Below are positions 9,728-13,919 of a stretch of 13,919 bases of DNA, in pieces. This stretch comes from Octopus sinensis (taxonomy: Eukaryota). A program made the translations under genes and the position numbers. The notes beneath the pieces were generated by a model that saw only the letters and a list, made by a program, of their open reading frames with translations, was not told where the DNA came from and made no database searches. The stretch is from NCBI RefSeq assembly GCF_006345805.1, contig NW_021826114.1, positions 1-13,919 of the forward strand. Reading direction: 5' to 3'. Numbering within the stretch: the stretch's first letter is position 1; the number at the start of each line of letters is the position of its first letter.

Positions 9728-10772
9728 TCTCTCTATATATAAACGGCAAAATGTCTGCGTGCGTGTCCTTTATACAAATCCACAATTTTTCAGTTAGAGG
9801 GCTTGCACTTTCTATGGTCATTAAAAACCGTCCAAGGGTGGTCGTGCACATCTTTACATTTCCCCAGTCACCCCGTATCTCTATATATATAAATGGCAAA
9901 ATGTCTGCGTGCGTGTCCTTTATACAAATCCACAATTTTTCAGTTAGAGGGCTTGCACTTTCTATGGTCATTAAAAACCGTCCAAGGGTGGTCGTGCACA
10001 TCTTTACATTTCCCCAGTCACCCCGTATTTCTATATATATAAATGGCAAAATGTCTGCGTGCGTGTCTTTTAAAATCCACATTTTTCAGTTAGAGGGCTT
10101 GCACTTTCTATGGTCATTAAAACCGTCCAAGGGTGGTCGTGCACATCTTTACATTTCCCCAGTCAACCCCTATCTCTATGATATACATGGCAAAATGGTC
10201 TGTGTGTGTGTCCTTTATACAAATCCACAATTTTTCAGTTAGAGGGGCTCGCACTTCTATGTTCATTCAAAACCGTCCAAGGTGGTCGTGCACATCTTTA
10301 CATTTCCCCAGTCACCCCGTATTTCTATATATATAAATGGCAAAATGTCTGTGTGTGTGTCCTTTATACAAATCCACAATTTTTCAGTTAGAGGGCTTGC
10401 ACTTTCTATGGTCATTAAAAACCGTCCAAGGGTGGTCGTGCACATCTTTACATTTCCCCAGTCACCCCGTATTTCTATATATATAAATGGCAAAATGTCT
10501 GTGTGTGTGTCCTTTATACAAATCCACAATTTTTCAGTTAGAGTGGCTCGCACTTTCTATGGTTCATTCAAAACTGTCCAAGGGTGGTCGTGCACATCTT
10601 TACATTTCCCCAGTCACCCCGTATTTCTATATATATAAATGGCAAAATGTCTGTGTGTGTGTCCTTTATACAAATCCACAATTTTTCAGTTAGAGTGGCT
10701 CGCACTTTCTATGGTCATTCAAAACCGTCCAAGGGTGGTCGTGCACAACTTTACATTTCCCCAGTCACCCCG
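9728..10772 (+). repeat. Tandem array of 7 x ~150-bp units, each a copy of the Helitron 5' terminus
   Basis: Units start at 9728, 9878, 10028, 10173, 10322, 10472 and 10624. Internal junction is CACCCCG|TA|T(C/T)TCTATA (degenerate at unit 4); the last unit continues CACCCCG|CAAAGCC into unique element body. Confidence 0.95.
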
Positions 10773-10988
10773 CAAAGCCATTGAAAAATCAATAGAAGTT
10801 ACTTTTTTGTGAATTTTCTATACAAAACCCAATCAAAATGCCCGAAACTTGATACACCAATTGAATGCCAGCTAGCTGTATGTGATTGGTCGGAGTTTTG
10901 GACAGTACTCGCGTGTATGTGCGCACGCACGCAGCTGTATATGCATGCACTAGCACTATGACCCAGCGTTGCCGGGTCATAGTGCTAG
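9728..10988 (+). mobile_element. Non-autonomous Helitron (1261 bp) inserted at an AT target with no TSD
   Basis: 5' A|TC (9727|9728), start TCTCTCTATATATAAA; 3' GC-rich hairpin then CTAG (10985-10988)|T. Removing it restores a continuous ...CGTATACATGTA|TATATATATATG... microsatellite. No RepHel ORF. Confidence 0.85.
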
Positions 10989-10989
10989 T
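10949..10989. terminator. Helitron 3' terminal palindrome (16-bp perfect arms, 9-nt loop)
   Basis: ACTAGCACTATGACCC (10949-10964), AGCGTTGCC, GGGTCATAGTGCTAGT (10974-10989); the arms are exact reverse complements. Confidence 0.85.
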
Positions 10990-11177
10990 ATATATATATA
11001 TGTATGTGTGTGTATATGTTTGTGTGTCTGTGTTTGTCCCCCCAACATCGCTTGACAACCGATGCCGGTGTGTTTACATCCCCGTTCGGCAATAGAGACC
11101 TATAGAATAAGTACTAGACTTACAGAGAATAAGTCCTTGGGTTGATTAGTTCGACTAAAGGCGGTGCTCCAGCATGG
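10989..11177 (+). mobile_element. SINE family 2, 3' body (continuation of 9616-9727)
   Basis: 11071-11141 aligns with 13211-13292 in this window, apart from an 11-bp deletion of GTAACTTAGCG. Ends GGCGGTGCTCCAGCATGG, as in the recalled Octopus SINE. Confidence 0.8.
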
Positions 11178-11280
11178 ACTAGTCTTCTTGGACACGTCTT
11201 GTTCGGATTCTACGAGCCTGATGAAATAGGTATTCGGTTGACGAGATCGCCAGAGTATGAGTCGCATGGAGTAGGATCGA

Positions 11281-12010
11281 ATGTATGTGTGTGTATGTAT
11301 GTATGTATGTATGTATGTATGTATGTATGTATGTATGTATGTATGTATGCATATATGTATGTATGTATGTTTGTATGTATGTATGTATGTATGTATGTAT
11401 GCATATATGTATGTATGCATATATGTATGTATGTATGTATGCATATATGTATGTATGTATGTTTGTATGTATGTATGTATGTATGTATGCATATATGTAT
11501 GTATGCATATATGTATGTATGTATGTATGCATATATGTATGTATGTATGTTTGTATGTATGTATGTATGTATGTATGTATGCATATATGTATGTATGCAT
11601 ATATGTATGTATGTATGTGTGTATGTATATATGTACGTATGTATGTATATATGTAAGTATGTATGTATGTGTGTATGCATGTATGTATGTGTGTATGTAT
11701 GTATGTATGTATGTATGTATGTATGTATGTATGTATGTATGTATGTGTATGTATGCATGTATGTATGTTTGCATGTATGTATGTATGAATGTATCTATAT
11801 GTATGTATGTATGTATGTATGTACGTACGTACGTACGTACGTACGTATGTATGTATATATGTATGTATGTATGTATGTATGTGTGTGTGTGTATGTATGT
11901 ATGTATGTATGTATGTATGTATGATGTATGTATGATGTATGTATGTATGTATGTATGCATATATGTATGTATGTATGTATGCATATATGTGTGTATGTAT
12001 GTATGTATGC

Positions 12011-12043
<33 letters not shown>

Positions 12044-12086
12044 TGTATGTGTGTATGTATGTATGCATGTATGTATGCATGTATGT
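11281..12086. repeat. ~800-bp (TATG)n microsatellite with an internal 88-92-bp higher-order repeat
   Basis: Variant GTTTG at 11369, 11461 and 11549, with a matching GCATATAT pattern. Confidence 0.95.
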
Positions 12087-12097
12087 AATGATCAGGG

Positions 12098-12310
12098 GAA
12101 CGGATATTTTCCACATCTATAATTTTATTAAACAGTCATTTACAGCGTTCTTCTGTGGCCCTACGCACGTTTCAACTGCAAACGACTGCGCACTGTTATG
12201 TACCCAGGTGCCATTGTCGGTACAGTTTCATCAGAGTTCATTATTTACTGCCATTCGAAGTGTAGCTGAAGGAATCTTAATAAAATTACAGACGTGGAAA
12301 ATCTCCGTTC
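12098..12310. repeat. 34-bp inverted repeat pair (31/34) around a 145-bp unique spacer
   Basis: GAACGGATATTTTCCACATCTATAATTTTATTAA (12098-12131) vs TTAATAAAATTACAGACGTGGAAAATCTCCGTTC (12277-12310). Confidence 0.9.
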
Positions 12311-12497
12311 TTCTTACAATAATTAATAATATTACTTCACTTAACGGAAATTATGCAATCCGGAATAAGGCAGTCGGGTTTCCCAAGCGAGAGTCTAGCA
12401 AAATATTGTCAACTCGAGTATCACAAAATGTTTGCTGTGGTTAATCGATTGAAGAGGAAACAGGGTAACCGCCATGATTATATATTCATTCGAAATC

Positions 12498-12557
<60 letters not shown>

Positions 12558-12742
12558 CGTTGGCGATTTTTTTCCTCTGTCTTCCCTTCTCTGGATCTTT
12601 CCTTCTGCTATGTTTCCGACGAAGAGCTCCGCTCGAAACGTTAAACCCTCCTTCTTTCCTTCTTTCCTGAGCGTCCAATGATACTATATTTGTTCCACGT
12701 CCTCGCGTTGTTGTGTTTTTTTTTGTGTTTTCTTGTTTGGAT

Positions 12743-12745
<3 letters not shown>
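12558..12745 (+). mobile_element. Penelope-like retroelement terminal (pseudo-LTR) fragment within (TA)n
   Basis: Contains a minimal hammerhead motif typical of PLE termini and is flanked on both sides by (TA)n. Matches my recollection of a frequent Octopus repeat. No RT or GIY-YIG ORF. Confidence 0.65.
12612..12646 (+). ncRNA. Minimal type I hammerhead ribozyme motif (U4C variant)
   Basis: Stem I GTTT/AAAC; core CCGACGA (consensus CUGANGA) plus an extra A; stem II GAGC-TCC-GCTC; GAAA; palindromic stem III ACGT; predicted cleavage after GUU (12642). Confidence 0.7.
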
Positions 12746-12778
<33 letters not shown>

Positions 12779-12785
12779 TATATGA

Positions 12786-12817
<32 letters not shown>

Positions 12818-12947
12818 GATATATTACACATACATGCATACACACACACACACACACACAGACACCATTCATATTACAGTATTATATCTACTCTAACTGT
12901 ACCACATCTGGAACTACTTACCACCCTTACACAATCTTTTTACTCAG

Positions 12948-13019
12948 GGACTAGTAGACCCAACACCGTTTGGTAATCGGTGCGCACCCAAAGCCAGTGA
13001 ACAGCATTTGACGATACCG
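12948..13019 (+). CDS. Candidate 72-nt symmetric (phase 0) internal exon, GLVDPTPFGNRCAPKASEQHLTIP, unknown gene
   Basis: CTAAC branch-like site at 12893, no AG from there to the TCTTTTTACTCAG|G acceptor, CCG|GTATGA donor. 38/72 GC against AT-rich flanks; stop-free only in phase 0. No homology recognised. Confidence 0.4.
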
Positions 13020-13129
13020 GTATGATTTTGAATCTCTTTAACTATTCAAAATAACGACTTTTATTCCTCTTAACTAATTCTGCATCAGTTCATCTCATTG
13101 TATATATTTATCGCTGTATATTTATAGCT

Positions 13130-13292
13130 ACAAGTAAAAGAGGAAAAGAGTATATAGGCACAGGTGTCGCTGTGTGGCAAGAAGCTTGCCTCTCAACCAC
13201 ATGGTTCGGGTGTTTTCATCTCCGTAACTTAGCGGTTCGGCAAAAGAGACTAATAGTGTAAGTACTAGGTTTACAAGGAATAAGTTCTGGAG
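13130..13292 (+). mobile_element. SINE family 2: tail remnant + tRNA head fused to 3' body (internal deletion)
   Basis: ACAAGTAAAAGAGGAAAAGAG tail-like 13130-13150 (recalled); head AGGCACAGGTGTCGCTGTGTGG...CATGGTTCGGG 13156-13210 with A-box-like TCGCTGTGTGG; then 13211-13292 homologous to 11071-11141. Confidence 0.75.
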
Positions 13293-13320
13293 TTTTATTA
13301 TGACAATTAACTAATTGTCA

Positions 13321-13366
13321 AATATATATATGCGCGCGCGCGCGTGTGTGTGTGTGTGTGTGTGTG
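13321..13366. repeat. (TA)n(CG)n(TG)n alternating tract
   Basis: Directly visible; Z-DNA-prone. Confidence 0.9.
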
Positions 13367-13528
13367 AGTAAGGCTAGAGATGGGAACGAGGATTTCCCTC
13401 GCAAATACTAATCGGACACAGTATGTCATTAGCCAGCTGGTGGAGATATCCTCCTCCTGGGGCTAAAAACAATAGTAGCATCGTCCTCTATGGGACCGCC
13501 ACATTTAGTTGGTAATTATATTTTACGA

Positions 13529-13589
13529 CACACACACACACACACACATATATATAATATATATTATACATATATATATATATATGTAC

Positions 13590-13637
<48 letters not shown>

Positions 13638-13683
13638 CAATTATACTATATATATATATATATATATATATTAGATATATATT

Positions 13684-13728
<45 letters not shown>

Positions 13729-13745
13729 CATATGTAAATATATAA
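13529..13745. repeat. (CA)n then (TA)n microsatellites
   Basis: Directly visible. Confidence 0.95.
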
Positions 13746-13919
13746 TGTATCTACAGACATATAGCAAAGCCATCTGACTGCGCCCTCTACCGTACATTCG
13801 CCACGTCGCCATAACTGCAAGAACTCTACTTCAGCCACACGCCACCGCCGTCTCTGTACCAACGCCAAAACAACAACAGTTACTCATAGCCCCGCTCCCT
13901 TTATTATTATTATTATTAC

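Noticed and set aside
9728-10772. CRISPR-like array
   Set aside because: Units are near-identical over their whole length with no unique spacers; eukaryotic context.
9513-10784. ORFs with 50-aa repeats
   Set aside because: They result from the 150-bp (multiple of 3) Helitron unit; broken by indels, with no Rep or helicase motifs.
8547-11204. 12-bp exact inverted match GAACAAGACGTG (8547-8558) / CACGTCTTGTTC (11193-11204)
   Set aside because: About one such match is expected by chance among a few kb of unique sequence.
11217-11260. CTGATGA as a second hammerhead core or snoRNA C box
   Set aside because: No downstream GAAA with stem II, and no D box.
11100-12444. 300+ aa HTYI/MYVC ORFs
   Set aside because: (TATG)n artefact. 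The non-repeat tail (..VSTANDCALLC..) only superficially recalls a PAN domain and lacks the remaining cysteines.
13367-13919. Exons in the islands at 13367-13528 and 13755-13900
   Set aside because: Splice signals are weak or frames have early stops; peptides are unrecognisable.

Overview
Eukaryotic, almost entirely non-coding, microsatellite-saturated window, probably an intron or intergenic region. The interspersed repeats match my recollection of coleoid cephalopod (Octopus-type) SINE, Helitron and Penelope families; no search was run. Nearly all listed ORFs are translations of simple repeats. Four interspersed elements are well supported. (1) A near full-length tRNA-derived SINE with a target-site duplication (7060-7429). 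(2) A second SINE family split in its central (TA)n by a 1261-bp non-autonomous Helitron (A|TC...CTAG|T, 9728-10988); the Helitron's own 5' terminal ~150 bp is repeated 7 times and its 3' end is a 16-bp-arm palindrome that gives a terminator on both strands. (3) A Penelope-like fragment with a minimal hammerhead ribozyme motif (12612-12646). (4) An internally deleted copy of the second SINE family (13130-13292). There is also a 34-bp inverted repeat pair (12098-12310) and one plausible 72-nt in-frame exon (12948-13019). No gene could be named.
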